DNA of 64,000 bases from Salpingoeca rosetta (GCA_033442325.1 JAWQFM010000006.1:604673-668672), one strand, 5' to 3'. Counted from the first letter of the stretch, positions 19,301-32,887 are shown. Program-made: numbers and translations. The notes: generated by a model from the letters alone, not told the origin.

Positions 19301-19840
19301 GGCGGCGGGTGGCGCGTGACGGTGACCGACTACTTTGGCGGGCGCGGCCACGACTACAAGGTGACGGACGAAGGCGTGGACGATGCTGGCGGCATGCTGG
19401 TGATCATCACGCACATCCCGGACTCGTACCGGGAGTGGGTGCAGTGGAAGGGGCGCACGGCGCGGCAGGACCGCAACGGCCAGCTGGCGCTCATCCTGAA
19501 CAGCGCAGAGGCGTTTATGCGGCAGCATCGGGAGGTGGTTGAGCAGTTCAAGGACGGGGCTCTCTCTGGAGCCGAGTTTGTGGAGCGACTCTTGCACGAG
19601 CGGAACATGGAGAAGAAGGAGGTGCTTGACAAGTATGCGGAGACGCAGCGCAATGGGATGGCCGTGAACGAGATGTGCGATCGCTTCTATCGGCGCTACG
19701 GTGCGGGGACGGTGTGGCCCGAGAACGACCTGCACCGCAAGCTGCGTGATTTCCTGGAGAAGCACGGCCGCAAGCCGCCCATTTCGCAGACGCGCGCCAT
19801 GGCTACGGAGCTGGGCATTGCCGACAACTTTCCTTACTGA
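13352..19840 (+). CDS. ~1978-aa protein: TIR-like N-terminus, Pro-rich linker, PH-like domain, His/Asp-rich tract, helical region, C-terminal SecA-family SF2 ATPase
   Basis: Exons 13352-13762, 14000-14410 and 14726-19840 (all phase 0). SecA motifs IAEVGTGEGKS, VHIMENNVSLLDRD, ITYC, LIVDEVDD, GLTGS, TDYFGGRGHDY and GGMLVI..REWVQWKGRTARQDRNG. PH-type end LRLYAPT..LQQWVAALNAA. Confidence 0.85.
14447..14572. repeat. (TATG)n tetranucleotide microsatellite in intron
   Basis: Seen directly. Confidence 0.95.
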
Positions 19841-20029
19841 TGAGGGTGGGCAGGGAAGAGGGGTCGTGTGTGTGTGTGTGTGGTGAGGCTGCAGAGTCGT
19901 AGTTGTTTTGTAATGGTTGTGCGATACCGGAATTAACATAACCCGTTTTTTAAACGAGCAGTATGTAGCGTTGAAGAGCGTGTGGGAGGATGAGAGCGTG
20001 AGGCGCATATGGGCAGGATCAGGAAAAAG

Positions 20030-20199
20030 AGGAGGAAGCAGAAGAAGAAAGCAGTCGAAGAAGAACAGGACCAAGAAGAAAAAGAAGAAGCAGACGAGGA
20101 GGAAGAAGAAGAAGAAGAAGAAGCAGACGAGGAGGAAGGGGAAGAAGAAGAAGAAGAAGAAGAAGAAGAAAGCAGTCGAAGAAGAAGAAGAAGAAGAAG

Positions 20200-20294
<95 letters not shown>
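20030..20294. repeat. (GAA)n-rich plus (CAA)n intergenic simple repeats
   Basis: Seen directly; accounts for the polyK/E/Q/T ORFs in the track. Confidence 0.9.
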
Positions 20295-20295
<1 letters not shown>

Positions 20296-21133
20296 CAGAA
20301 CAATCTTCCCGCATTTTGACTTGCTCATTCTGTCTGTTCGAGGCCTCGAATTTCTCCAAGGAAGACCTTCAATCCTATGTCATGTGTCCACTGGTCGCCA
20401 CAGCAAAAAGCCGCCAACAAAAACACGCACGCCCTCCAACACACAAACCAACCAACCAGCTCCAACCAAATCCAACCCCAAGCAACCCAAACAACGCACA
20501 CGACATGCGAGGCATTCTCCACCAACCACAACAAGGCCTGACTGCATCCATCACCAACGCTTACACACACTCTCACTCTTTCTCTCTCACACGCACCCAC
20601 ACACGCACACACTCTCTGCGCCAACCCACAACCTCCATTCCACATACCCAGCACGGGTGCAAGCACAGGATTGCTTTCATTCCACCAACGCCAGCAAGCC
20701 GTAACCTTGCAAACGAGCCAACCAACCTAACAAAACCAAACGAAGAAACTCCACACACCCACACACACACCCGTACCACATTCCCACATACCCACACACA
20801 TCCACGCACGGAAGCACGGAAAGACAGCCGTTTAGCGCCTCGCGGGGGAGCCTGAGACCAAGCGCAACAGTATTGGCGAGACAAACACATACTCGCACTC
20901 AAGCATCCTCTCGACACTGCATTTATTTCCCGCTCCCAATTGACCCACACATCGACTTCTGAACAAACCCACCAGCGACGACGAAGACGACGACAGCGAC
21001 GACAGCGACTTTAAGCCAAGACCAAGACAGTAAGAAGAGAAGAAGAAGGCCATCCCCACCCCTTAGAAACACCAAGGAAGCGCCCTCCCCCCCCCCTTTT
21101 CTATTCACCCACATCCACGTCCACAGTGCGAAG

Positions 21134-22123
21134 ATGGAACCCATGTCTGCACACGTCCAGGAGCTCATGGACAAGGTGGATGAGCACAATGCCAAGCGCG
21201 CGTACAAGCGCCGCGACAGCGTGTCGGAGCTGCTGCGCCAGTCCCCGCCCCTGCTCATCACCATCTATCGACAGGACGACACCTGCGTCAAGTTTGGCTT
21301 CTCCCTGCGCGGCNNNNNNNNNNNNNNNNNNNNNNNNNNNNNNNNNNNNNNNNNNNNNNNNNNNNNNNNNNNNNNNNNNNNNNNNNNNNNNNNNNNNNNN
21401 NNNNNNNNNNNNNNNNNNNNNNNNNNNNNNNNNNNNNNNNNNNNNNNNNNNNNNNNNNNNNNNNNNNNNNNNNNNNNNNNNNNNNNNNNNNNNNNNNNNN
21501 NNNNNNNNNNNNNNNNNNNNNNNNNNNNNNNNNNNNNNNNNNNNNNNNNNNNNNNNNNNNNNNNNNNNNNNNNNNNNNNNNNNNNNNNNNNNNNNNNNNN
21601 NNNNNNNNNNNNNNNNNNNNNNNNNNNNNNNNNNNNNNNNNNNNNNNNNNNNNNNNNNNNNNNNNNNNNNNNNNNNNNNNNNNNNNNNNNNNNNNNNNNN
21701 NNNNNNNNNNNNNNNNNNNNNNNNNNNNNNNNNNNNNNNNNNNNNNNNNNNNNNNNNNNNNNNNNNNNNNNNNNNNNNNNNNNNNNNNNNNNNNNNNNNN
21801 NNNNNNNNNNNNNNNNNNNNNNNNNNNNNNNNNNNNNNNNNNNNNNNNNNNNNNNNNNNNNNNNNNNNNNNNNNNNNNNNNNNNNNNNNNNNNNNNCACA
21901 CACACACACACATACCTACATACACAGGGGCAACGGATGGGCCGAACACAAAAGTGCATGCAGCAGTTGCTGAGCAGGTCAAGCAGCATCGACGACAGCG
22001 ACATCTTCAGCTCCAGGAGTCAGAGCCCGTCTTCCCCTCCATTGGAGCATCTCTCGCGCTCTCCAAGCCCACCGCCCGCGGCAACGGCGCCAGTCCCACT
22101 CATGCCCTGAAGAAGAAAGCCGT
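21134..22123 (+). CDS. PDZ-domain protein, partial (interrupted by assembly gap; 3' end uncertain)
   Basis: LLITIYRQDDTCVKFGFSLRG is the beta-A/carboxylate-binding loop (GLGF-like) start of a PDZ domain. A probable further exon follows the gap (GATDGPNTKVHAAVAEQVK..). Confidence 0.6.
21314..21896. other. Assembly gap (583 N)
   Basis: Run of N. Confidence 1.
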
Positions 22124-22590
22124 TTGCACGCCCTCACTTTGTGTGCTGTGTGTGTCCAAGTGTCTATCGCCCTTGCTTGTTTTGTTTTGTGCATGCCCTC
22201 GTTTATGACATGCTTCACATGACATGTCATCCTACAGTTCGACTCTTTCGCACATGCGTTGCATACAGCTTGGCTCTGTTGCTTTTGCCTTTGTGTCTAC
22301 TTTTGTTTCTGCCCCTGTTCGTGCTTTGCCTGCCTGCAGGCTCGTTTTTTCTGCCACCCTCGCTCTGCGTTATCTTGGTACATCGTTACTCGCTCGCTTG
22401 CTTGCGACACCTGCCCGTGCTTGTTTGCTGGTCCTGGTCGCCCCACAACTACATAATATTTTCTCTCTCTTGCCATGCGGCTGTGTTTGAAAGGGAGAAC
22501 GAGGGTGTGTGAGCGATTGGCGTTGTCGTCTGGTTGGTTGATTGTTGAGTTGATGGGTTTGGTGGAGAGGGGAGGGGCAGATAAGGCACG

Positions 22591-22697
22591 GAGGCACCAG
22601 AGGCACAGAGGCACCAGAGGCACAGAGGCACCAGAGGCACCAGAGGTACAGAGGCACCAGAGGCACAGAGGCACCAGAGGTACAGAGGCACCAGAGG
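22591..22697. repeat. 8/9-bp minisatellite (GAGGCACCA / GAGGYACA)n
   Basis: About 12 alternating units seen directly. Confidence 0.9.
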
Positions 22698-23205
22698 TGC
22701 GCTGCCACCCATCGACCTATCGACACCCGCACAAGGAAAGCGGACAAAGGAGGACAGTCGAAGAAGAAAAAAAAAATAATCTTCTGTTGTTTTCCCCTGC
22801 TTCGCACCCAACACCCACAACAACAGCAGCAACAGCAGTCAGTCAGTGAGCACGCTTGTTTGTCCAGCCAGCCAGCCAGCCAGCCAGTCAGTGAGCATCA
22901 AGAGCACGAGCGCATTCCCTTGCTTTGCTTCCTTTCCTTGTTGGCTGCCGGGTTGGTTGCTGCTGCGTTCGATTCCCGTCACCCCACTCGCCCAGCCAGT
23001 GAGCGAGCGAGCGAGCGAGCGAGCGATCGCCAAAGGCACCAACAGACTGACACACAAACACGTTGACACAGACACAGACACAAGGACACAGGCACAGGCA
23101 CAGACACACAAACACAGACGCACACACACACACACACACTCACACACACACACACAGACAGACACACACAAACACAAACACGTTGACACAGACACACAAA
23201 CACAG

Positions 23206-23245
<40 letters not shown>

Positions 23246-23320
23246 ACACTCACACACACAGACACACAGACACACACAGACACACACACAGACACACAGA
23301 CACACACACACATACACAGC

Positions 23321-24148
23321 ATGAAAGGCGGGCGCCACCGAAGACATGCCAGCAGTGGTGCAGAGGCCTCAGTCAATGGCAGCAGCAACTCCATCGACGG
23401 CGCTGCCTGGACAGTCGACGCAAACCAAGAAAGGCGAACACACAGCCTGCAAGGCAGCTCGCACAACAACAACACCGACAGCACCGACAGCAGGGAGGGA
23501 GGAACCAGCTCTCACGATGACGCACCGTCAACAACAGGACCAACAGCAGGATCAACAGCAGGAACAACAACCAAGGCATCTTCTCCACGAGTGCCTGCGC
23601 CACCGACGCCATCAACGCCGCCAGGGTCACGGAAGCAAGAGGGTGTGGCCTGCACAACGCCATTGCGGGGCGGCCCGTTGTTCTGGACGGGTTCGGAGAA
23701 CCACGACACCGACGACGAGGAGCTGGCAGCGCTCGCGCAGACAGACGTCCTCTTCTACCCCAAGCCCCAGTGGCCCTCCACCACACGCGCCCACACGTCC
23801 ATCGACACCGCGCTCCGCCGCGTGTGTATGCAAGACGAGGACGGCGCCGCCGATGCGCTCATGGCAGAAGAGAAAGCAGACGCTGCTGTTGTCGTCGATG
23901 ATGACGATGTATTTGCTGCCGATGGAGATGCGAGGTCGCCGCCTTTCAGTGTCCAGCGACAGGCGCTGCGGCAGAAGCGGTTGAGAACGCTGCAAGCGAA
24001 GCGAAGGACGCTGTCACGTCGCCACACCATCAGCGGCCTGGCAGAGATTCACGCCTTCAAATCCTTGGACAGGACGCTCGCCCTTGTCCTCAGTCCATCG
24101 CGGCCGCAGGCACCCGCACCTGACACATCCTCGCCAATCGTTCCCTAA
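23321..24148 (+). CDS. Hypothetical low-complexity protein (275 aa)
   Basis: ATG just after a cag acceptor, coding-like codon use and an open frame to TAA. No recognisable domain. Confidence 0.6.
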   Translation: MKGGRHRRHASSGAEASVNGSSNSIDGAAWTVDANQERRTHSLQGSSHNNNTDSTDSREGGTSSHDDAPSTTGPTAGSTAGTTTKASSPRVPAPPTPSTPPGSRKQEGVACTTPLRGGPLFWTGSENHDTDDEELAALAQTDVLFYPKPQWPSTTRAHTSIDTALRRVCMQDEDGAADALMAEEKADAAVVVDDDDVFAADGDARSPPFSVQRQALRQKRLRTLQAKRRTLSRRHTISGLAEIHAFKSLDRTLALVLSPSRPQAPAPDTSSPIVP

Positions 24149-24781
24149 CACACGTGCCCCTGTATGTATTCAGTTGCTTGTGTGTTTGTGCATGTGTGTG
24201 TGCTTCTTTATGTTGCTTGATGTGAGTTGATATGTCTTCACCATTGTTCAAGCCACTGCTGCGTGTTGAGCCATGCACCAGCTGCTGCGACGCTTTGTCC
24301 ATCGCACCCGTCTTCCTCCCTTCCCCCATGCTTTCGTTCTTTCTTTCAGTACTAGATCCCTCCTTGAGTTACAACCATTTCGTTTCCTTTCAGTTCCCAC
24401 TCGGTTCCCACTCGGTTCCCACTCGGTTCTCTTTCAGTACCTGTGCCTTCACGTTAAAATCCACGCGTCGCCCCCACCACCCCCCACGTCTGAAATGCGT
24501 GCGAGTGCGTGTGCGTGTGCGTGTGTGCATGCGCCATCCCCATCCCAGCTTCCTCCCTTTTGAATGCCTGGAGCCAGTCTTCAAGCGAATACATCTTTAC
24601 TGTCTGTCAATCAATTACACACGCACAGGCGATATCACACACACACACACACACACACACACGATGTAGCGTACGCACAACGCGGGAGAGGCGGCAAGCG
24701 TGGACTGAGTCGTTCCTAACACCACACCAATCCCCCACGATGCACACGAGAGCACACAATCATACACGAGCGCACACGTGT

Positions 24782-24844
24782 TCAGTGCGGGTCCTCCAAC
24801 TGCCAGGCCGGTCGAACCCCTTTCTTTCGCCTAAGCACAAGCAT

Positions 24845-24922
<78 letters not shown>

Positions 24923-24983
24923 GCACACACGGACACACACGGACACACAGCGAGTGAGAGGGAGCAGCGAGTGCGAGAGTGTA

Positions 24984-25042
<59 letters not shown>

Positions 25043-26450
25043 CAGCCGAGACGCACCCGCCAAACATGCGCTTGAGCCTCGAGCCGCGCTTCTTCCACAG
25101 CTCCTTCTTCGATTCTGCATGAGCATAGCAGAGGCGGCAACGTCAGCATGCAAGCACAAACACACATGTATATATGTGCATGTACAAGGCATGCATACAA
25201 ACACGGTTGAAGGAATTCTAACTTTCGCTGAGTTTCTCCACAATCTGCCGATATGTGGCGTCATCGGCCTGCTGCAGTTGCTCAAACCCCGTCTTCGTCT
25301 CTGCACACGAATGCAATCAAGTTGACGTGGCACACGGAATAGCGAGTTCGTTAACTGAGAGAATTAAGCACAAGTTCATGATACAACACAGACCCAGACA
25401 CACGCACAAGCGCACACTCAGCTACACACAGCCACACACAGCCACACACAAACATATATATTCAGAGACACACATTCGCACGCATCCATCCCGACCGCGT
25501 GCGAGGAGTTTGTTGAACTCGTCATCAAGGCGAAGTTGAGCGATGAATGACATGGACAGCGATGACGACGGCGACGATGAGGCAAGCTCCCGGCGCTGTA
25601 GATCGCGCGCCAGCACCGCGTCCATCCGAGACTGACGGAAGTTCAACGTGCGAACATGTGTGAGGTGTGTGTGCTCGTGTGTGTATGTGTGTGTGTGCTC
25701 GTGTGTGTATGTATGTGTGAGAGTGTGTGAATCGCGAGTGCACATGTCCATGCACACATGCAAATACACATGCATGCGCACATGCACGGGGACACTAGTG
25801 TGATGTGCAGCAAACGAAGCGGAGACTGAGAGATGGCCAGTGCAGCACAAATCAATTGAGCAAACCTGATACTCGTGGAGATTGTGCCGCGCAATTACAA
25901 ACACATTCTCAGCCTGTATATGTGTGTGTGCGTTGGGGGGGGGGAATCAGTGGCAGCAGCAGCAAACACGCCACGTTCAAAAAGATAGAGAAGCAAACAA
26001 GGCAAACAAAGCAAACAAGGCAAACAAACAAGCAAACGCACCGCTTCCTCAAGGATGTTCATCTCGAGTGCGCCCGGGCAGCGGAGTTGCCGCAGCCATC
26101 CTGCCACCATGAGGGCACCCTCTGTAGCCGCCATCTTGCTCACCAGACTCAACGGCCACTCTACAATCGTCGCAAACCGCCGCTGTTGGTGGAGCGAGGT
26201 GACGTCGTGGTCGCACGTTCGCAGTGGGAAAGAAGCGTGGGAGGTAAGATCATGGCAGGGCAAACACACTGACAGAGAGATAGAGAGATAGAGAGACAGG
26301 GAGACAGAGAGACAGAGAGACAGAGAGATAGAGAGACATAGAGATAGAGACAGGGAGACAGAGAGACAGAGAGACAGAGACATAGAGAGACAGACAGGCA
26401 CACACACACAAACAGACACACAGGCACACACACACACACACACACAACAG

Positions 26451-26482
<32 letters not shown>

Positions 26483-26524
26483 ACACACAGGCACACAGAC
26501 ACACAGACAGGCACAGACACACAG

Positions 26525-26555
<31 letters not shown>

Positions 26556-27120
26556 GGTATGACTTTCACATCTTCATTCGCAACCACGTGCATGCAGCCA
26601 CCTGGGAGACGATGGTGATGTAGTTTGGAGAGAGCTTAAGGACGCACTGTGGACCAAACTTCCTGTCCAGTCCCAACACATCCGCACAGTCATTCATCAA
26701 CAGGCGGACCTGCGCGCACAGAAATGAAAAGTTCGAGCGACGCTCGTAATGTGGCGAAAGAAAGGATAGTGTGAGCCAACACTCAAGATGGTGGAACGAA
26801 GCAGCACAAACAGAACAAACGGTTGCCCACACACAACCGAACAAAACTCAGGCACACACGCACAGACACAGATACACAGACACAGACACACAGACACAGA
26901 CACAGACACAGACACACACACACACACAGATGGCCACCTTGTAGCAGCGCTCCTGGGACGGAAGAGTGATGGAGAAACCGGCAGATGCGGACAGGTTGCG
27001 CTCGAAGCGAAGCGCGTCATCAAACCTGATGATGGTGATGGCAATAGTGACGGTGGTGAGTGGTAGGTATGATACAGCAAGCACACACACACACACACAG
27101 AGGCGCAGGCAGACACACAA

Positions 27121-27178
<58 letters not shown>

Positions 27179-29349
27179 GCACACACACACACACACAGGC
27201 AGACACACAAACACACACACACATGCACACAACCATTTCCGTACCCGCTTCGAGCCGGTCCCTCTGTCATGTGCGTGAATGTCGCGTGTGTGGTGCGCAA
27301 CAAGTCACGCTGCTGCTGGGGCTGCTGCGGCTGCTGGTGATGCTGTTGTTTAAGTTTGCGTTCGTGCTCCCCTGCTGGTGGGGTGTAACCCGGAGGAAGA
27401 TCAGGGTACGGGTAGCCGGGTGGCGGTGACGGAGACCAGCGGTCACTGGCATTGTCAGCAGTGCGGGGATGTGACGGCTGCAGCTGTTGGCGTGGAGACA
27501 TCTTCTTCTTCTCCTCGCTTGATGGTGACACATGCGCAGGACGCGGCTTTGCTCCTGCCGGTGCTGCCAATGGTGGTGATGATGATGATGATGAAGTTGT
27601 TGTTGGTGGTGGTGGTGGTGGGACTCCCCCTCTCTTCTGGCTCGACGATGACGATGATGGACGTGATCGTGGTTGGTGTGTTTGGCGATGGATTCCGTTC
27701 GGCGCGGCGGCCTGCGATGACACAGATTGCCTCGTCTTCTGTTGCTGTTTCTGCCGCAGCAGCGTCTGTCTTCGCTGCTCTATCGACGACAACGACGACC
27801 GCGGGCGCGCTGTTGACGATGATGATGTCGATGTTGATGGCGATGGCGACGCACGCTCTTCCGTGCTGCCCTTTCGCTGTTGTTGTTGCTGTTGTTGCTG
27901 TTGTTGTGATCTCGCAGGCGTTCGTGCTTGTGGTGATGTCTGCGCCCGCTGCTGTCGGTGCTGGCGCTGTGCTGATGGCGGTGGGTGCCTTTGCTGCCGC
28001 TGCTGCTGTTGCTGCTGTTGTTGCTGTTGTGGTGGTTGCCACGATGAAAGGCGGTCTGCTGCCTGTTCTGCATCGCCCCTGCACACCTGCAGCACGCGCG
28101 CAATCTCGCCCTCCGGGATGTGTGGGTACACTTCCTTCAGCAGCTGCACTGACGGTGGTGGGTGATGGTGGTGGTGGTGCACATCTGATTGCTGCGGCTG
28201 TGACTGAGATTGCTGTTGTTGCTGCTGCTTTTGCAACGGTGGCTGCTGCTGTTGTTGTTGCCGTGTATGCAGTTCCTTCACACGCTGTTCCATCTGTTCT
28301 CGCTCCCTTCGCGTTCTCTCAGCCTCCTCGCGCATCTTCTTCATCTCCTCCCCCAAACGCGCCAGCTCCCGTTCCTGTGCAATCTTCGCTTCCTTCAGTG
28401 CAGTCAGCTGCTGCTCTGCCTCCGCCCTGCGCTTCGCTTCCTCCTCCAGCTTCTTGCGTGCCTGTCGTTCCAGCTCGTCTTGCTCAAGCGCCAGGGTGTT
28501 GAGCTCATCTGCCAGCGACAGCCCGCCCTCATCATCGTCGTCGTCATCCCCATCACCACCACTGCCACTGCCGTTGGCTGCGTGTGCGCGTCGCAGTCGC
28601 TCCACCTCTGATGTTTTCTCGTCAACAAGATCGCGCATCTTGCGCAGCTCGTTCTGCAGGGCCTCCACAAACTGCGGGTCCACGTCGGCGCCCTTGCTTT
28701 CGTTCACCAGGGCGGCCGCCTTGCTCTCATATGTGCTCTGTGCAGCGTCTTCGCGCGCTTCAATGTCCTGCAGCTGCTGCTGTAGCTGCAAGCGCTCGTG
28801 CTGCATCTGCACCTCCTTCTCCTTGCTCATGAGCTCCTGCTCCATCTGCCGGCGGTCTTCCTCGGACTGGCGCAGCCGCTGCTCCACGTCGCCCTTCTCC
28901 AGCTTGAGCGTCTGCAGGTCGCGATACAAGCTCTGCAGTTCGTTGATCTCCTCTTGCCGTGTGGTTGCCAGTCGATTCGTGTCGCGCAGTTGTTTCTGCG
29001 GGCGAGGGAGCGAGTGAGTGAGTGAGTGAGTGTGTGAGTGAGTGAGTGAGTGAGTGTGTGAGTGAGTGAGTGAGTGTGTGTGTGTGTGTGTGAGTGAGTG
29101 TGTGAGTGTGTGAGTGAGTGAGCGAGTGAGTGAGTGAGTGAGTGAGTGAGTGAGTGAGTGAGTGAGTGAGTCAGTGAGTGAGTGAGTGAGTGAGTGAGTG
29201 AGTCAGTGAGTGAGTGAGTGTATGTGAGCGTTGTATGTGTATGCGCGCACATGTGCACAACGTGTATGGGCGCATGTGGGTGCATATGCTTGCCCGCGTG
29301 CGTCACCCACCTCCCAGCACAGCGACGGCACAACACAACAACCCTACAC

Positions 29350-29412
<63 letters not shown>

Positions 29413-29717
29413 GACAAGTTCCACCAGCGACGCACCTCCAGCTCGACAATCTTGCGGGCCATGTTCTCGTTCTCATCGAGGATGTCGTCGTACTCCGAAG
29501 CCATGCGGTGCTGCGCTTCCTCGAGCTGGGCCTTCTCGTACTGCGCCTGCGCCAATGCCTCTGCAAACCCGTACGTGGGCTCCGCATCATCGTCGTCGTT
29601 GTCGTCAGCGGCGATGGCACCCGTGGCGTGGCTCACGGCGATCACGCCGTCGCCAGCTACAACGAAGTCGGCGTCATCATCGTCGTCGTCCTCCAGCCAC
29701 AGCGGCGCCCTGCTCAT
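24782..29717 (-). CDS. Coiled-coil + CUE + PPxY + IRS-type PTB-like + CUEDC1-like C-terminus, ~9 exons
   Basis: Long heptad region; CUE motif [35 protein letters not shown]; [14 protein letters not shown]; [41 protein letters not shown] (PTB-like); [43 protein letters not shown]. Last exon ends WQLEDPH*. Confidence 0.7.
29012..29220. repeat. (GAGT)n intronic microsatellite
   Basis: Seen directly. Confidence 0.9.
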
Positions 29718-30042
29718 CGCCCGAACCGATCAGCGTGGAACAGCAGAGGCGGCGGCGTGGTGCACAAGCAAAGCAAGCAAAGCAAGCAAAGCAGGCAAAG
29801 CAAGGCTGGCAGCGTGTTGCTTTGTTCTTCTGCTTGGATGAATGAATGAATGGGTGAGTGGTTGGTGCTGTGGGTTGATAACGGAAGGCAGGAAGGAGCA
29901 AAGCAAACTCCACAACAACAACAGCAGTGCGCGTTTTTTCTTCGTCGTACACACACACACGCAGAGCTGTTTGTTTGCGAACCACTCACACACGCACACG
30001 ACTACACACTGACCGACAACAACACGAAGCAAGCCAGAAGAG

Positions 30043-31854
30043 ATGGACAAGGAAGGTGAGGAAGGGGTTGGTTGGACGAAAGGCAGAGCAAAAGAGGGGT
30101 AGTGGTGCTTCTTGTGTGATGTGTTCGTATGCGTTATGTGCGTGGGAGGGGGGGGGGGGGAAGGCGAGTGGCTGCGCGGACGGTGTTAAAGGCCACCAAC
30201 CTCCTGTTCTTGTTCTGTTGCTTCTTTGTGTAACTCACCATGTCTGCGCTTGGTGCTTGATGTTGCTGCTCGCCTTGGCGGTGCGCGTTGGTGTGGCAGA
30301 ACTTGTGGCCTGCTTCAAGAAGCAGCGGGAACTCAACCCCGAGGAGTCGCCCGCTATTGCGGCGACACAGGCCCTCCTGGAGATGATCCGCAAGGACGAT
30401 GGTGAGCACACGCACACGGATGCATTGTTCATCATTGCGCGCGTGTGCATGGTTGTACACTTGTGTGTGTGTGTGTGTATTGTGCGTGTGTATGGTTGCA
30501 CACCTGTGTGCGTGTGTGTTTGCGAGAGCATTTGCGTTCTTGTCTTGCGTACAGTGACCGATGCCACGTGTTCACATGCGGTGTGCACACGCGTGCTGTG
30601 TTTGCAGAGCAAACTGTGGCCGGATTCCGCGAGAACCTTCAGAACGCAAAGAAGATCCTCGTGGAGACGGCAGACACAACCATCACATGCGTGTCCTCGG
30701 CATGTGATCTCTTCGTTAGGTGAGTGAGCGAGTGAATGTGAACGAAAGAGTGAGTTAGCGGTTGTGCACATGTGTGAGTGAATGTGGGTGACTTGTGGAT
30801 GTGTATGTGTACATGTGTGAGTGAATGTGGGTGACTTGTGGATGTGTATGTGTACATGTGTGAGTGAATGTGTGTGTGTGTGCACATGTGTGAGTGAATG
30901 TGTGTGTGTGTGCATATGTGTGTGCATGTGTACATGTGTGAGTGAATGTGGGTGACGTGTGTATGTGTATGTGCACTTGCTTGCTTCCCGCCTTATGGCG
31001 CACCAACAACAACATCGCCCACGACCACGACTGCGCAGGCACGTGACGCTGCAGATTGCCGATGCGGACGACTGGAAGCAGATGATCATCCAGCAGGGCG
31101 AGCTCTTTGTCGAGCGCGCCCACAAGATGCGCTCCAAGCTCATGGAGATGGCTGGCCCATTCATTCGAGATGGCGTGGTGCGTGCATTTGTACATGTGTG
31201 TGGACATGTGTGTGTGTGTGTGTGTGTTTGGCTGACATGCTGCCGCTGCTATTCTCATTGTTGCTGTGCCTCTCTTGCCATGTTAGCTCACACCCAAGCA
31301 ACAACAATCCCCACACACACACATACACATACACATACACATACGTCCACAACATCATGATCAGACGGTGCTGACGCTTGGACGGTCGCGCGTGGTTGAG
31401 TCGATCCTGATCCAGGCGGCAAACCAGAAGAAGCGCTTCCAGGTGTACGCCGTCGAGTCCATTCCTAGCAAGCTCGGGTGCGTGTTGTTTGTGTGAGTGA
31501 AAGAATGTGTGTGTGTGTGTATGCGTGTGTGTGAATGAGTGTGTGTGTGTGTGTTTGTTTGTTTGTGTGTGTGTGTATGCGTGCGTTTACTCACGTTAGT
31601 GCTCTTGTGTGTGAGTGCACGTATCCCTGGGTGGGAGGATCTATGTGTGCTTGCTCGTGCATGCGTGCTCGCGTCATGCTGTGCTGTCTCATCAACGCTT
31701 CAATCACTGTCCTCCATACACGTGCTGGTGCCAGCGTGTCCATGGCTACCGCCCTCTCCGAACACAACATCGACGTCACCCTCATCCCCGTACGTGCACA
31801 CAACGCCACATGAATGCATGCGCGCTTTTTGCTGAGCGGGATCACGTTTGCTAT

Positions 31855-31892
<38 letters not shown>

Positions 31893-32846
31893 TGCTTGTG
31901 TGCACATCGATACCACGCACACACACACACACACACATTGATGCTTGTGTGCACATCGATACCACGCACACACACACACACACACATTGATGCTTGTGTG
32001 CACATCGGTACCACGCACACACACACACACATTGATGCTTGTGTGCACATCGGTACCACGCACACACACACACGCACACATTGATGCTTGTGTGCACATC
32101 GGTACCACGCACACACGCACACACACACACACACACACGCACGCACACACACACACACACGCGCCGCACACACACACACGCACACACACGCACACACACA
32201 CACGCACACACACGCACACACACACACACACACGCACACACACACACACCCATGGGCGTGCAGGATGCGGCCGTTGCGTATGTGATGAGCCGGGTGGACG
32301 TGGTGCTGACGGGCGCCGAGGCCGTTGTCGAGAACGGCGGTATCATCAACACGGTGAGCACTCGTCGTCATGATGGTGACTTCTACTGGTGGCAGTTGCC
32401 CGTGGTTGGGATGGTGATTGGGAGGGTGAGAGGGAGTAAGGAAAGACGCTGTGGACATTTGGGGATTGTGACAGTAATGTGATAGACTCACCACTTATGT
32501 TGGCGATGTGTTTGATACAGATTGGCACGTATCAGGCGGCCATGGCGGCGCACGCGCTGAAGAAGCCGTTCTACGCTGGTGGGTCATCCCACCGGTTGAT
32601 TCTGAGCCACTTGCGCTTGCTGTGCTCCAACGCATCCGTGCTGTTGCTGTTCGTTCACGCTTTCTTCCTTGAGACACTCTGGCGTGCACGCACACAATTA
32701 TCTCCGTACTCACATTCAACTCATTTACCAATCCACTTCTGTTACACCACACCCTTATTTCAACCCACAACACGCACACAACACCCACATACACAACCAC
32801 CCTTATTTCAACCCACAACACGCACACAACACCCACATACACAACC

Positions 32847-32887
<41 letters not shown>

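Noticed and set aside
15968-20359. 1463-aa minus-strand ORF
   Set aside because: Antisense shadow of the high-GC3 SecA-like exon. It starts in simple repeats and has no domain motifs.
19917-20855. PolyK/E/Q ORFs and the many CVCV/HTHT ORFs throughout the track
   Set aside because: Translations of stop-free microsatellites with no coding signal.
31887-32112. CRISPR-like repeat array
   Set aside because: The spacers are just (CA)n, the context is a eukaryotic intron and there are no cas genes. It is a minisatellite.
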